NCBI GenBank assembly: GCA_963836075.1
Contig: CAWIIB010000009.1
Span: forward strand, 2,912,001 to 2,976,000
Direction of reading: 5' to 3'
DNA length: 64,000 bases
Source of the DNA: an uncultured Acidobacteriota bacterium
Lineage (GTDB): Bacteria; Acidobacteriota; JAQAZP01
In this document: positions 29,301 through 38,170 of the stretch, one piece after another
Numbering within the stretch: position 1 is the first letter of the stretch
Layout: the number at the start of each line of letters is the position of its first letter
Notes under the pieces: generated by a model
Told to the model about the DNA's origin: nothing
The model's database searches: none
The model's input: the letters and a program-made list of their open reading frames with translations, nothing else
Program-made: the position numbers and the translations under genes

Positions 29301-29474
29301 GTCTTTGCCACCGGATGGAACCAGATGTTCCCGGCCCTGCCCGCCCTGGTCGGCGACAACCTCTTTACCCTGGTCGCCGCGGACGTGACCCCGCCGCCGT
29401 ACAACCAGCCGCCCAACACCCCGTCGGGGGATTCGGACACGGCCAGTTGCACGGTGACCGGTGTGGCGCCCTGA
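26358..29474 (+). CDS. Secreted protein: right-handed beta-helix, two BACON-like Ig domains, second beta-helix, conserved C-terminal domain
   Basis: Signal peptide; two VP.DQP.IQAGIDAA..G.TV.VA.GT starts; GGGI repeats; two WN.G.G...WSVTSD.GWL.L...SG.S.GE units; about 120-aa C-terminal domain. Confidence 0.88.
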   Translation: MSHIQRQIIISFCLLTTLVIPLNAATIHVPADQPAIQAGIDAAAAGDTVLVAPGTYQEYLNFNGKAITLSSSDGYARTVIDGYNGMPVRFENGEGPESVLEGFTVTRGSMGGIVCDQASPIIRNCLITENRAGFYPASGIYCEESSAVITGNIIFDNEDRAAVLLQNWDGLFTGNTVARNIPRGGIQLTGSGGEVSGNMMVANISSDGGGGIRLENSSTLVSNNLVADNSITNYAFGGGIYVHSSPLAVLVNNTISGNSSVQEGGGICCYPEPPAIRNCIVYGNTPNEIASELGGPVTTVTWCDVQGGYDGLGNIDEIPLFTTGPGGEFYLGQVAAGQPVDSPCVDAGAIGSNAVSGSTRTDLAPDSGRVDLGWHTPLDTTVSVDALPASLEFRAVLGEGPPADQAVQVWNSGWGMLPWSVTSDSGWLTLSAASGTSWGELDTVTVSVDHSGLGVGEHQATITVSAPSTKGPPLEIPVTLIVTAGVPGYSPADFRFDADLGGAPPPVQILSIWNAGSGTMDWSVTSDAGWLILAPASGQSTGEIDEVTVSVNTTGLPPGFSDAVITLHTPDSTPTSVEIPVRLALSADGLVRVPQDQPTIQAGIDAALFGNTVIVADGTWSGDGNRDLDFGGKSLVLESENGPAACIIECDGSYLEPHRGFWFHNGEGADSVVRGFLIRNGYASDNGTGDGGGILCQYSSPTFEDLVISFCVAPGSGGGIYATGLSSLISNCVIRDCVAQFGFGGGVRVHDCAGLKMHNCLVTGCVALDGYGYGGGLYSTAFGMEVDGCTFTGNMAGELAGGVYAHSFDVIRNSILWDTDGWYPNLFFETTVSYSDVYDMDGYVVPGVGNIFADPLFASGAGGGHYLSQVAAGQAWDSPCVDAGDPGAWLIDGTTRTDGVNDDGRLDMGYHYPGTGWETVDCQLSCQPGSGTLPFQSQFWVTLSSPLAEARRVAAHVDVVTGNGVSYTNWRAGWMNLVPAEVFATGWNQMFPALPALVGDNLFTLVAADVTPPPYNQPPNTPSGDSDTASCTVTGVAP

Positions 29475-29576
29475 ATCCCGGGGCCTTCCGATTGACTCCC
29501 CCTGTCCGCCCTGATGTAATACAGGCTGCCCGGCGGGGGGGCGGCCGTCCGGACATGCAATCAGGCCAGTGAGGAG

Positions 29577-30467
29577 ATGACCTTCAGCGCCGACATCAGT
29601 ATCAGTTGCCAGGGCCTCGAGCCGGATGCCGGCCGGGGGAGAAACGTGCTCACCGTGGACGTGGAGGAGTGGTTCCACGTCTGTGGCGTGCCGGGTCTGG
29701 AGGGTCCGGAGCAGTGGGCCTCACTTTCGAGCCGGGTGGCGGCTGACGTGGACCGCCTGCTGGAACTGCTGGACAGATCCGGCGCCCGGGCCACCTTCTT
29801 CTTCCTCGGCTGGGTGGCCGAGACCCATCCCGGCCTGGCGGCCCGGGTGGCTGCGGCGGGTCACGAGATCGCCTGCCACGGCCACCTGCACCAGCCGGTG
29901 AATCTTCTTGACCCGGACCGGTTCCAGGAGGACCTGGCCCGCTCGCTGGCCACCCTGCGCGGCGAGACCGGGATTCCGGTGGGCGGTTACCGCGCGCCCA
30001 TGTGGTCCCTGGGAATCGGCGCCACCCCCTGGGCCTTCGAGATTCTGGCCCGTCACGGCATCGGCTACGATTCCAGCCTCACCCGGGCCCCGGTGATCGG
30101 GGACCGGCGGCACCCGCAGGAGGCCTGCGAGCTCCTGTTGGAGGACGGCACCCGCCTGCGGGAGTTCCCGCCGCTGTCCGGCCGCCTCTGCGGGGTGGAC
30201 GGTGTTTTTCTCGGCGGAGCCTGGCCGCTGCGGCTCTTCGGCCCGCGCCGGGCGTTGCGGGCGGCCCGTCGGCTCACTGCCCGCGGCCTGCCCGCTGTCT
30301 TTTTCCTCCACCCCTGGGAACTGGACCCCGACCCGCCGCGCTTCCCCATGCCCCCGGCCCAGTGCTTCGTGCACTATGCCGGACTGAAACGGGGCCGGGC
30401 CGCCTGGGAAACCCTGCTCAGCGAGCTGGACTTCGTCCCCCTCGGCAAAGTGGCGGGTGCCGGGTAA
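29577..30467 (+). CDS. Polysaccharide deacetylase (CE4, DUF3473/PEP-CTERM-locus subtype)
   Basis: LTVDVEEWFH, ATFFFLGWVA, GHEIACHG, GYRAP.WS, YDSS, FFLHPWELDP. Confidence 0.9.
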   Translation: MTFSADISISCQGLEPDAGRGRNVLTVDVEEWFHVCGVPGLEGPEQWASLSSRVAADVDRLLELLDRSGARATFFFLGWVAETHPGLAARVAAAGHEIACHGHLHQPVNLLDPDRFQEDLARSLATLRGETGIPVGGYRAPMWSLGIGATPWAFEILARHGIGYDSSLTRAPVIGDRRHPQEACELLLEDGTRLREFPPLSGRLCGVDGVFLGGAWPLRLFGPRRALRAARRLTARGLPAVFFLHPWELDPDPPRFPMPPAQCFVHYAGLKRGRAAWETLLSELDFVPLGKVAGAG

Positions 30468-30490
30468 GGCCTTGTGATATCAGGGATTTC

Positions 30491-30519
30491 TTGACACTCT
30501 TCCGGGCTGAACCTACAAT
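30491..30519 (+). promoter_or_regulatory. Sigma70-type promoter of the FAS/PKS operon
   Basis: TTGACA-17 nt-TACAAT. Confidence 0.75.
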
Positions 30520-30599
30520 ACGCCCGGAAGTGAAACAGAACATCCGGGGTGCCGTTGTCGGTTTCTCCCGGTGACGGTGGGCAGGTCCCGGGAGAGGTG

Positions 30600-31526
30600 A
30601 TGAGGGCTTTTTTTTTCCCCGGCCAGATGTCCGAGCATCCGGACATGTGGTCGAACCTGGAGGCCCGGGTACCCAGGGCGGAGACGTGGCTGGCCAAAGC
30701 CGAGACAGCCTCCGGCCTGTCACTGTCCCACGCGGTGCGCGGCGGGAGTACCGAGGGTTTTGACGACCTCACCGCCCAGGTGGCGGTGCTGGCGGTCAAC
30801 GCGGCCTATGCCGCCCACCTGCGGCGCTGCGGGGTGGAACCGGACGCCGTGGCCGGGCACAGCCTCGGCTGCTATTCGGCCCTCGAGGCCGCCGCGGTCC
30901 TGCGTTTCGAGGACGCGGTGGGCCTGGCGGTGAGGGTGCAGCGCCTGGCCGAGGAGGAGCTGTCCGGGTTTGACGGGGCCATGGGGGTGCTGATCGGTCA
31001 CGCGCCCGAAACGGTGACCGGCGTGTGTGACACCGCCGGCGGCGGCCGGGCCCAGGTGGCCAATGTCAACACGTCGAGACAGGTGGTGATCTCCGGCCAC
31101 GGTCCGGCGGTGGACGCGGTGCTCGCCGCCCTGTGCGAAGGGGCGATGCGGGCGGAACGGCTGCACACCAGGATCCCGTTCCACAGCCGCTGGATGCAGC
31201 CGGTGGTGGACCGGCTGCTGGCTGAGGTGGACCCGGCCCTGTTCAGCCGGCCGCGGCTGGCGGTCTACTCGCATCTCGACGGCAGCCTGGTGGACGGTGC
31301 GGCTGAGGCCCGGCGCTTGATCTGCACCCAGATCGCCCGTACGCTGTTCTGGCCCGTGGCCCTGGAAGCCATGAGGGCCGGCGGGTGCCGCCGGTTCGTC
31401 GAGGTGGGGCCGGGTGACGTGCTGAGCCGGATGACCCGTTGGGTCCTGCGCGACACCGCGGTGTTGACAACGGAAAAGGATTTCGAGGAACTGCTTGGGG
31501 GTCACACGCCCCCCGATAACGATTGA
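30600..31526 (+). CDS. fabD: ACP S-acyltransferase (FabD-like)
   Basis: FFPGQ, GHSLG nucleophile motif, ANVN...QVVISG, PFHS, FVEVGPG. Confidence 0.85.
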   Translation: MRAFFFPGQMSEHPDMWSNLEARVPRAETWLAKAETASGLSLSHAVRGGSTEGFDDLTAQVAVLAVNAAYAAHLRRCGVEPDAVAGHSLGCYSALEAAAVLRFEDAVGLAVRVQRLAEEELSGFDGAMGVLIGHAPETVTGVCDTAGGGRAQVANVNTSRQVVISGHGPAVDAVLAALCEGAMRAERLHTRIPFHSRWMQPVVDRLLAEVDPALFSRPRLAVYSHLDGSLVDGAAEARRLICTQIARTLFWPVALEAMRAGGCRRFVEVGPGDVLSRMTRWVLRDTAVLTTEKDFEELLGGHTPPDND

Positions 31527-31570
31527 TCATTGGCGGCCGGCGACTCGGCCCGAGAGGAGTGGATCCGACG

Positions 31571-31843
31571 ATGAGCGAGGATGACAAGTCGCTTGCCCTG
31601 AGATTGAAGACGCTGATCATCACCCGGCTGAAGCTGGAGATCGAACCTGACGAGATCGAAAACCACCAGCCCCTGTTCGGCGAAGGGCTGGGCCTCGATT
31701 CCATCGATGCCCTGGAACTGGTGCTGGGTCTGGAGCAGGAGTTCGGGGTCAAGATCGAGGACGAGGAGGTGGGGGTCAAGGCCTTTGCCTCCATCGATGC
31801 CCTGGTCACCTTTGTCAGGGAGAAGGGCGTCCAGTCCGCATGA
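31571..31843 (+). CDS. Acyl carrier protein
   Basis: LFGEGLGLDSIDALEL...LEQEFGVKI phosphopantetheine site; resembles aryl-polyene-type ACPs. Confidence 0.92.
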   Translation: MSEDDKSLALRLKTLIITRLKLEIEPDEIENHQPLFGEGLGLDSIDALELVLGLEQEFGVKIEDEEVGVKAFASIDALVTFVREKGVQSA

Positions 31844-32358
31844 GCGCCACCGCCGCCAGCGGCAGCGGCAGCATGGACCGGGACCGTGACGGCGGCCTGG
31901 AGGAGATCCTGGCCGTCCTGCCGCACCGCAGTCCGTTCCTGATGGTCGACCGGGTGCTGGAACGACGTCAGGGTCACTCCTGCCTTGCGCTGAAAAGGGT
32001 CACTTTCGGCGATCCATGTATCGGTACCGGTGACGGCGCCGCCCCGCCGGGGTTGAACCCCTTTTTCCTGGTGGAGGCCATGTCGCAGACGGCGGCCCTG
32101 GCTGCCGCGCATCCGGCCGGCGGTGCACTGCCGCCGGGGGAGGGGCGCGCCGGCCGTCCGCTGGTCGGTTTTCTCGCCGCCATCAGGGATTTTCGCGCCC
32201 ACCGGCGGGCGGTCCCCGGTGACACCCTGGAGATCCGCGCCGAGGTGCGGGGACGGTTCGGCGGGCTGGTGAAAGTGATGGCCACGGTGGATGTGGACGG
32301 CGAGCGGATCGGCGAGGCCGAACTGACGCTCGGCGTACCGCGGGAGGTGGACGGCTGA
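31840..32358 (+). CDS. Hotdog-fold dehydratase-like protein (FabZ/ApeP-like)
   Basis: LPHRSPFLMVDRV, VEAMSQ, GFLA, PGDTL; the FabZ GHFP motif is absent. Confidence 0.8.
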   Translation: MSATAASGSGSMDRDRDGGLEEILAVLPHRSPFLMVDRVLERRQGHSCLALKRVTFGDPCIGTGDGAAPPGLNPFFLVEAMSQTAALAAAHPAGGALPPGEGRAGRPLVGFLAAIRDFRAHRRAVPGDTLEIRAEVRGRFGGLVKVMATVDVDGERIGEAELTLGVPREVDG

Positions 32359-33608
32359 TGAGCAACGATAGCAGAGCCCCCGGTTCCCGCCGGGTGGTGG
32401 TCACCGGGCTGGGAGCGGTCTCCGCGCTGGGCCCTGACGTTCGCTCCCTGCTCCGGGGTGTCCGCGAGGGGCGCTGCGGGATTCGTCCGGTGACCCTCTT
32501 CGACACGTCGCCGTTCCGCACACACACCGGTGGTGAGCTGGACGGCTTCGATGCCGCCGCCCACTTCACCCGCCGCGAGCGGCGGCGGATGTCCCGGGCC
32601 GACATGGCCGGACTGGTGGCCGCGGGGGAGGCGCTGGACAGCGCCCGGGTCGGAACGTCTCCGCTCCCCGACCCGGACCGGGTGGGGGTGATTCTGGGCG
32701 GCGGGGTGGGGGGGCTGTTCGACAGCGAAGCCTACTACCGTGTGGTGCTGGGCCACGGCTGGAAATCGGTGCCCGCCACCCGCGCCCTGGGCCATTTCCC
32801 CTGCGCCACCGCCGACCGCATCGCCGAACGGTACGACTTCGGCGGGCTGCGGACCACCGTGGTCACCGCCTGCTCGTCCAGCACGCTGGCCATCGGCCAG
32901 GCCTATGACGCCGTTCGTACGGGGGTGCTGGAGATGGCGGTCACCGGCGGCAGCGACACCCTGAGCCGGCTGACCTACAGCGGGTTCAACTCGCTGCGCT
33001 CGGTGGACCCCGATGCCTGCCGGCCCTTTGACGCCGGCCGCAAGGGGCTCTCCCTGGGCGAGGGGGCGGCGATCCTGGTCCTCGAGCCGCTGTCCCGGGC
33101 CATGGCGCGCGGCGCCGCGATCCACGGCGAACTGCTGGGCTGCGGCATGTCGTCCGACGCCCACCACATGACCGCGCCCCACCCGGAAGGGGAAGGGGCC
33201 GCGCTGGCCATGGAGCAGGCGATCCGCCAGGCCGGGCTGGACCCCGGCCAGGTGGACTACATCAATGCTCACGGCACCGGGACGCCGCACAACGATCTCG
33301 CCGAAACCAGGGCGATCCATCGCGCCTTCGGCGAACAGGGGAAAACGATTCCGGTGAGTTCATCCAAGTCGATGCTCGGCCACTGTCTCGGTTCCGCCGG
33401 CGCAATGGAAGCCCTGGTCTGCCTCCTCGCCCTGAAGGAACAGTTCTACCCGCCCACGGCCAACCTGGAACAGCCGGACCCGGAGTGCGAGCTGAACCAC
33501 GTGCCGCTGGTCAGCCGGCCGGGGAACCCGGAGGTGGCCATATCCAACTCCTTCGCCTTTGGCGGCAACAACGGCTGCCTGGTCCTGAGAAGATACCATG
33601 AACGCTGA
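32358..33608 (+). CDS. fabF: Beta-ketoacyl-ACP synthase (catalytic KS)
   Basis: RVVVTGLG, TACSSS (Cys), NAHGTGT (His), KSMLGH (His), SNSFAFGGNN. Confidence 0.9.
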   Translation: MSNDSRAPGSRRVVVTGLGAVSALGPDVRSLLRGVREGRCGIRPVTLFDTSPFRTHTGGELDGFDAAAHFTRRERRRMSRADMAGLVAAGEALDSARVGTSPLPDPDRVGVILGGGVGGLFDSEAYYRVVLGHGWKSVPATRALGHFPCATADRIAERYDFGGLRTTVVTACSSSTLAIGQAYDAVRTGVLEMAVTGGSDTLSRLTYSGFNSLRSVDPDACRPFDAGRKGLSLGEGAAILVLEPLSRAMARGAAIHGELLGCGMSSDAHHMTAPHPEGEGAALAMEQAIRQAGLDPGQVDYINAHGTGTPHNDLAETRAIHRAFGEQGKTIPVSSSKSMLGHCLGSAGAMEALVCLLALKEQFYPPTANLEQPDPECELNHVPLVSRPGNPEVAISNSFAFGGNNGCLVLRRYHER

Positions 33609-34854
33609 GACCGCCCCGGCCGAACGTGAAGTGGTGGTGACCGGCATGTCCGCCGTCTGCCCCATGGGAACCGGCGGCGCGGCGCTGCTCGACGGCCTCT
33701 GGTCGGGCCGGAACGCCTGGGTCCCGGTGCCGCGAGGGCCGTCGCCTGGACAGCGGGCCTCGTTGGCGGCCCTGGTGCACGAGTTCGAACCGCGGGCCCA
33801 CATCCCGGTGATGAAGCTGCGCCGGATGGACAACTGCACACGGTTCTCGGTGGTGGCGGCCCAGCTGGCTTTCGAGGACGCCGGCCTGCTCGACGCGGAC
33901 CTCACGACCTGCGGCATCGTCTTCGGTACCGGCACCGCCGGTTCCACCTCGGTGGCCGAATACCTCCAGGGCCTGCTGGTGGAAGCGGCGGAGGGGCAGT
34001 TCCCCATGCTCTTCCCCAATACGGTGCCCAACGCGCCGGCGGGCCAGGTGGCCATCCGTTTCGGCATCCGCGGGCCCAACGCCACGTTGAGCCAGCGGGA
34101 GAGCTCCGGCCTGCACGCCCTGGCCCGGGCCGCGGAGTTCATCCGCCTCGGCCGTTGCCACCGCGTCCTGGTGGTGGGGGTGGACGAGTATTCCACCGAG
34201 CTGCTGGCCTTCTACGACCGGATGAGGTTTCTCTCCCCGGGCCGCTCCGGCGGTGAGGAGTCGTGCCGCCCCTTCTCCGGCCGCCGCAACGGCTGGATGG
34301 TGGGGGAGGGGGCTTACGCCCTGGTGCTGGAATCGGCCGGTCACGCCGGCCGCCGGGGTGCCGCCCCGCTGGCCCGGGTGCTGGGCACCGGCTGGAGCGG
34401 CAGCCGCTGTTCCACCTACCGCTGGCCCGAGGAGCACGGCCCCTACGTCCGCTGTATGCGGGAGGCGCTGGCCGGCAGCGGTCTGGAGGCCGGTGCGGTG
34501 GGGGCGGTGATGGCCTCGGCCAACGGCAACCAGGTGCTGGACCGCATGGAGGCCCTGGCCCTGCAGGAGCTGTTCACCGCCGCCGGTGGCGCCATGCCAC
34601 CGGTCACCGCGGTGAAGTCCCACCTCGGTGAATCGGGTGCCGCCGGCGTGGCTCAGGCCCTGGCTGTGCTGGGCGTGCTGGACCGCGGTTCGGTGCCCCC
34701 CACCACCGGCGGGGGCCCGGATGACGCCGGCGGTCCGGCGGTGAACCTGGTGACCGGGGAGGCACTGCCGCTGCCCCGGCCCCCGCAGGCGGTGCTGGTG
34801 AACAGCTTCGCCTCCGGCGGCAGCAACGTCAGCATGGTGCTCGCCAGGGCCTGA
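33598..34854 (+). CDS. Non-catalytic KS-like chain-length factor
   Basis: KS fold (VVVTG, FPNTVPNA, GEGA..LVLE, NSFASGG) but the triad is replaced: QRESSG, SANGN, KSHLGES. Confidence 0.85.
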   Translation: MNAETAPAEREVVVTGMSAVCPMGTGGAALLDGLWSGRNAWVPVPRGPSPGQRASLAALVHEFEPRAHIPVMKLRRMDNCTRFSVVAAQLAFEDAGLLDADLTTCGIVFGTGTAGSTSVAEYLQGLLVEAAEGQFPMLFPNTVPNAPAGQVAIRFGIRGPNATLSQRESSGLHALARAAEFIRLGRCHRVLVVGVDEYSTELLAFYDRMRFLSPGRSGGEESCRPFSGRRNGWMVGEGAYALVLESAGHAGRRGAAPLARVLGTGWSGSRCSTYRWPEEHGPYVRCMREALAGSGLEAGAVGAVMASANGNQVLDRMEALALQELFTAAGGAMPPVTAVKSHLGESGAAGVAQALAVLGVLDRGSVPPTTGGGPDDAGGPAVNLVTGEALPLPRPPQAVLVNSFASGGSNVSMVLARA

Positions 34855-34869
34855 GCGGCGCGGCGGGCG

Positions 34870-35367
34870 GTGAGGAGACACAGGGTGGGAACCGAAAACA
34901 GTCCCCTGGGACGGCGCACCGCGGACGGCTGGTGGGAACTGCGGCTCCGCGTCCGTTTTTCCGAAGTCGACTCCTACGGAGTTGTCTGGCACGGGCGTTA
35001 CCTCGCCTGGTTCGAGGAGGCGCGCAACGACCTGGCCCGGGGGTATGGCTTCACCCCCTCGGTGCTGGCCCGCAGCGGGTACCAACTGCCGGTGCGGGAC
35101 GTCACCATGACCTTCAAATCGCCTGCCGGACTGGACGACGAGGTCCGGGTGGGCATCCGGTTCCGCCCCACCGCAACAGCGCTGCTCGAGTTCGAATACC
35201 GGGTGCTGGAAGCGGAAGAGGGGCGGCTGATGGTCACCGGCCGTACCCGGCAGGTGGTGACCCGGGCGGACAACGAACTGCTGCTCAGCTACCCCCGGCC
35301 GGTACGTGAAGCGCTGGACCGCCTGGTGGCGGACCAGGCACCACCGGGAGGAGCCGATGACCGGTGA
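34870..35367 (+). CDS. 4HBT/YbgC-family acyl thioesterase
   Basis: VRFSEVDSYGVVWHGRYLAWFEEAR. Confidence 0.88.
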   Translation: MRRHRVGTENSPLGRRTADGWWELRLRVRFSEVDSYGVVWHGRYLAWFEEARNDLARGYGFTPSVLARSGYQLPVRDVTMTFKSPAGLDDEVRVGIRFRPTATALLEFEYRVLEAEEGRLMVTGRTRQVVTRADNELLLSYPRPVREALDRLVADQAPPGGADDR

Positions 35368-36292
35368 AACCATCCGCCCGGTATGTCCCGCCTGTCGCGG
35401 CCCGCTGGCGGCGGGCGGCGGGGGGCCTCCCTCCTGCCCCTCCTGCAAGACGGTTTATTCCCGCATCCCCTCCGGCCACCTGCGGCTGCTGCCCGGTGAT
35501 GCCGACGGGTTCCGGGACTGGTGGCTCGACGACGAGCGGAAGCGGGCCCGGTTCATGGGCCAGTATGTCGAGCGCGAGGAGGCGGGGGAACGGCGGCTGG
35601 CCCGGGAGTTCCTGCTTCCCCTGACCCGGCGGCTGTCCGCTGACCGGCCGCTGCGCCGTGTGCTCTCCGTGGGCTGCGGGTCGGGCGAGGACCTGGAGGT
35701 CCTGCGCGAGGCCGGTCTGGAGACCAGCGGCGTGGACAGCGGCGGGCGCACCCAGCGCTGGGGGGACAAGGAACGTTCCCCGGACCGCTATTTCATGGCC
35801 GACGCCCTGCGGCTGCCCTTTGACGACGGGGTCTTCGACCTGGCCTACTCCCTGGGGGTCATCGAGCACGTGGGCACGGTGGGAGACAGCCTGGAACTGG
35901 CCGGGGATGCCGGCGACCTGCGCCGGCGGTTCGCCCGTTCCGTGGCCCGGGTGGTCCGGCCCGGGGGCTGGATCTTCATCAGCTGTCCCAACCGCACCTT
36001 CCCCCTGGACTTCGCCCACGGTGCCGGCCGGTTCGGTTTCCGGCTCCACGGTCCGGGAGATTTTCTCCTTTCCTACGGGGACGTGAAGCGACTTTTCATC
36101 GACCATGCCGGCTGCCGCTCGATCCGGCCGCTCTCCATGCACGGCTATCTCGACCTGGCCCAGGCCGCCTCCGGCGGCGGTTTGATGATGCGGCTGGCCG
36201 CGCCGCTGTTCGGCCTTTACTTGCATGCATTGCCGCGGCCTCTTTATACTTCTCCGCTATACCCGGCCGTATTGGCCCTTATCGAACGCTGA
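35357..36292 (+). CDS. Class I SAM methyltransferase with N-terminal Zn-ribbon
   Basis: CPAC...CPSC; VLSVGCGSG; LPFDDGVFD; VIEHV; VRPGG. Confidence 0.88.
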   Translation: MTGETIRPVCPACRGPLAAGGGGPPSCPSCKTVYSRIPSGHLRLLPGDADGFRDWWLDDERKRARFMGQYVEREEAGERRLAREFLLPLTRRLSADRPLRRVLSVGCGSGEDLEVLREAGLETSGVDSGGRTQRWGDKERSPDRYFMADALRLPFDDGVFDLAYSLGVIEHVGTVGDSLELAGDAGDLRRRFARSVARVVRPGGWIFISCPNRTFPLDFAHGAGRFGFRLHGPGDFLLSYGDVKRLFIDHAGCRSIRPLSMHGYLDLAQAASGGGLMMRLAAPLFGLYLHALPRPLYTSPLYPAVLALIER

Positions 36293-36307
36293 ACCGCCGG
36301 AGCAACG

Positions 36308-37363
36308 ATGATCAAGCGAAACATCTGTGTTGTCACCTCACACGTGCCGATGGTTTTCGGCGGCCACCTGATCATCGCCCAGTCGCTGGTCAGCGCGCTG
36401 AAGGAAATGGGCTACAACTCGGATGTGATCTACACCCCGCAGAACCGTTTCGGGCGCCAGCTCTCGGCCTACCTGGCCAACCGGCTCACCGACGTGGGCC
36501 GCACCGGCGGCGACGAGGTGGTGGACCAGATCATCTCCCTGCGCTACCCCAGCTATGCGGTGAAGCACCCGCTGCACGTCTGCTGGCTGAACCACCGCAT
36601 GCGCGAGTACTACGACCTGTGGGAGGACTTCCTCGGAGTGATCCCCACCGGCAAGGGCAAGCTCAAGGAACGGTTCCGCCGCCGGCTGATCCAGCGGCTG
36701 GACAACCACCTGCTGAAACGAAACGTGAAGAGCCTCTACGTGATTTCCGGCACGATCAAGAAACGGCTGGAGACCTGGGGGGGGATCCCTTCCCGGGTGC
36801 TGCTGCCGCCGCCGCCCCTGGGCCGGGACTACCACACCGAGGGCTACGAGAACTTCATCTTCACCGTCTCCCGCCTGCACAAACTGAAACGGATCAACCT
36901 GCTGCTCGACGCCTTCATGCTGGTGCGTGACACCGACGTAAAGTGCCTGATCGCCGGAGAAGGCGACGAATACAAGCGGCTGGCCAAGCGGATCAAGGAC
37001 AACGACCTGGAAGGGCGGGCCATTCTTCTCGGCCGGGTGAGTGACCAGGAACTGGCCGACTACTACGCCCGCTGCCGGGCGGTCTTCTTCGGGCCGCGGA
37101 ACGAGGACTTCGGCTTCGTGACCATCGAGGCGTTCCGCAGCCGCAAGTGCGTCATTACCTGCCGTGACAGCGGCGGCCCGCTGGACCTGGTGAAAGACGG
37201 CGTTTCGGGGTATGTCACCCGGCCCGACCCGGCGCAGATCGCCGAGCGCATCGACCAGCTGGTGGTCGAGCCCGGCCTGGCCGAAAGGATGGGCCAGGCG
37301 GGCTACGAGGCGAGCCTGCCGGTCACCTGGGAGAACGTGGTGCGCACACTGGTGAAAATATGA
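36308..37363 (+). CDS. Glycosyltransferase family 4
   Basis: VSRLHKLKR, EDFGFVTIEAF, DSGGP. Confidence 0.9.
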   Translation: MIKRNICVVTSHVPMVFGGHLIIAQSLVSALKEMGYNSDVIYTPQNRFGRQLSAYLANRLTDVGRTGGDEVVDQIISLRYPSYAVKHPLHVCWLNHRMREYYDLWEDFLGVIPTGKGKLKERFRRRLIQRLDNHLLKRNVKSLYVISGTIKKRLETWGGIPSRVLLPPPPLGRDYHTEGYENFIFTVSRLHKLKRINLLLDAFMLVRDTDVKCLIAGEGDEYKRLAKRIKDNDLEGRAILLGRVSDQELADYYARCRAVFFGPRNEDFGFVTIEAFRSRKCVITCRDSGGPLDLVKDGVSGYVTRPDPAQIAERIDQLVVEPGLAERMGQAGYEASLPVTWENVVRTLVKI

Positions 37364-38145
37364 TGATGCCCCGAGGGCGGCCGCCCCATCTGACAGTGGT
37401 GATCCCGGCCTACGACGAGGAGAAGCGGATCGGGCCGACCCTGGAACGGGTCCGCGGCTACCTGGAGAAGCGCTCCTATCCCTGGGAGATCGTGGTGGTC
37501 GACGACGGCAGCCGGGACCAGACGGCCCAGATATCCAGGGAGCTGCTCGCCGGCTGCGACCATCACGCGGTGATCGACCGCAAGTTCAACCGGGGCAAGG
37601 GCTACTCGGTGCGCCAGGGGATGCTGGCCGGAAATGGCCGCTTCCTGCTCTTTTCCGACGCCGACCTCTCCACGCCCATCGAGGAGGTGGAGCGCCTCCT
37701 GCCCCCCCTGGAGTCCGGGGCGGCCCAGGTGAGCATCGGCTCGCGGGCGCTGCGCGATTCGCGGGTGGAGGTGCACCAGCCCTGGTGGCGGGAGGCCATG
37801 GGCAAGAGCTTCAACCTCTTCGTGCGGCTGATCGCCCTGGGCGGTCTGTGCGACACCCAGTGCGGGTTCAAGTGCTTCACCCGTGAGGCGGCCAGATCGA
37901 TCTTCAGCGTGGCCCGCATCGACGGTTTCGGGTTTGATGTGGAAGCTCTCTACCTGGCCCGCAAGTTCGGCTTCGCTGTGCAGGAGATCGCGGTGCGCTG
38001 GGTCAACTCGCCCGATTCGAGGGTCCACCCGCTCGCCGATTCATCGCGGATGCTGGCCGACCTGCTGCGTATCCGGTTTACCGATTTCCGCGGGGGATAC
38101 CGTTCGGGGAACGGTCTGGACCGCCGGGGGCGGCAAGGCCCCTGA
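37360..38145 (+). CDS. Polyprenyl-phosphate glucosyltransferase-like GT2
   Basis: VIPAYDEEKRI, VDDGSRD, NRGKG.SVR.G, FSDADLSTP, DTQCGFK, FDVE. Confidence 0.92.
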   Translation: MMMPRGRPPHLTVVIPAYDEEKRIGPTLERVRGYLEKRSYPWEIVVVDDGSRDQTAQISRELLAGCDHHAVIDRKFNRGKGYSVRQGMLAGNGRFLLFSDADLSTPIEEVERLLPPLESGAAQVSIGSRALRDSRVEVHQPWWREAMGKSFNLFVRLIALGGLCDTQCGFKCFTREAARSIFSVARIDGFGFDVEALYLARKFGFAVQEIAVRWVNSPDSRVHPLADSSRMLADLLRIRFTDFRGGYRSGNGLDRRGRQGP

Positions 38146-38170
38146 TCAACTGGAAAGGGAGGATGGCACA

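Noticed and set aside
30608-30616. T9 homopolymer at the start of fabD as a phase-variation tract
   Set aside because: It is in frame and encodes the expected hydrophobic AFFFPGQ motif; no evidence of length variation.
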